From Eledone cirrhosa (lineage: Eukaryota), in NCBI GenBank assembly GCA_964016885.1, contig OZ024740.1, positions 320,292,001-320,356,000 on the forward strand: a stretch of 64,000 nucleotides of DNA, given 5' to 3'. Both the position numbers and the translations under genes were made by a program. Shown piece after piece: positions 62,996-64,000 of this stretch (positions within the stretch are counted from its first letter, which is position 1; every line of letters begins with the position of its first letter). The notes below the pieces were generated by a model. The model had not been told where the DNA came from and ran no database searches. It saw only the letters and a list, made by a program, of their open reading frames with translations.

Positions 62996-64000
62996 TTCCG
63001 CGCAAATCACAGATCTTCTGGGAATTTTCATATTAAACATGATAAATAGAAAACCGCCGGAGATTACCGGTGGTTTATATAGAGATGACATTTTATTTAC
63101 GGTGGTCAAACACAATAATATAGAATTAAATAGAGTTAAGAAAAGTATAATAGAATTCTTTAAAACGTACGACCTTAAATTAGAAGTAGAAAATGGTACC
63201 AAAATAGTTAATTTCCTTGACGTTACCTTTAACTTACACACTGGCTTCTATTACCCTTTTCATAAGCCTAATGAAAACTTAAACTATGTTAGTAACTATT
63301 CAAATCACCCTAGATCTGTAAAAAAAAAGCTATAGTAAATAGTGTGCAAAAACGTATTAATAAAATATCAGCTAATAAAGATATATTTGATAAAAATGCG
63401 GAATATTACAACAACGCTTTAAAAAGAGCAGGATTTATGAATAATATAGAATATGTAGATAATAACAATCCAAGTATTATTCCTAATAATAATAATAATA
63501 ATTATAACACATATAAGAGTAACTCTAATAACTACAACTCAAACACACATACGCTAAATAAATCGAGAATACGAACAAGATCTAAACCAGTCATATGGTT
63601 TGCACCCCCAGCTTCGGTCGCAGTTAAAACACCAATTGCAAAACTATTCTTTAAAGCTCTTGACACCTCTTTCCCTACTCAACATAAATACCATTCCATT
63701 TTTAATAGACATACCATTAAATTCGCAAATTCTACAACCAGTAACATGGCCCAAAACATCGCCAAATTAAACGCCAAAATCCTAAAACCAAACCAACCTA
63801 ATGATCATAATAATAGAGTTAACATTAATGATACTAAACCAAATTGTAATTGTAGAAATAAAAGTAATTGCTCTTTGCAAAATAATTGTTTAGATAGTAA
63901 TTTGGTTTATAAATGCACCGTAAAAACTGACCATAAAAGATACAATTACATTGGATCAACCTCGTCCACATTCAAACTTCATTTCGCGAACCATAAATGC
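62996..64000 (+). mobile_element. 5'-truncated Penelope-like element (RT C-terminus plus GIY-YIG endonuclease), Naiad-like; runs off the window
   Basis: GLYRDD, VNFLDVTFNL, SNHP, then a frameshift in an A-run at ~63320, then YYNNALKRAGF, VIWFAPP, CNCRNKSNC (CxCx5C) and LVYKC..YIGST. Confidence 0.88.

Overview
Eukaryotic, repeat-saturated intergenic or intronic DNA with no recognisable host gene. The SINE families and microsatellite density suggest a coleoid cephalopod such as Octopus (inference). The centre (~23.6-49.4 kb) is a ~26 kb head-to-tail, minus-strand array of Tx1-clade (L1 group) non-LTR retrotransposons. One copy is intact: ORF1 697 aa with a CCHC knuckle, ORF2 1139 aa with APE, RT and a Zn finger. 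Every full-length 5' end sits in an (ATT)n run in the same register, and each element ends in (ATT)n, so the family appears to create its own target. The most abundant tRNA-derived SINE shares its 3' terminus with these Tx1 elements and also lands in ATTAT sites, making a candidate LINE/SINE pair. About a dozen type I hammerhead ribozyme motifs sit in Penelope-type or retrozyme-like repeats, six with the compensatory U3-A8 core. Also present: an RTE LINE with three C-terminal C2H2 fingers and a non-autonomous derivative, head-to-tail Helitrons, long-TIR elements, a ~1.85 kb palindrome, and a truncated Naiad-type Penelope-like element at the right edge. Most short ORFs in the track are microsatellite or antisense artefacts.
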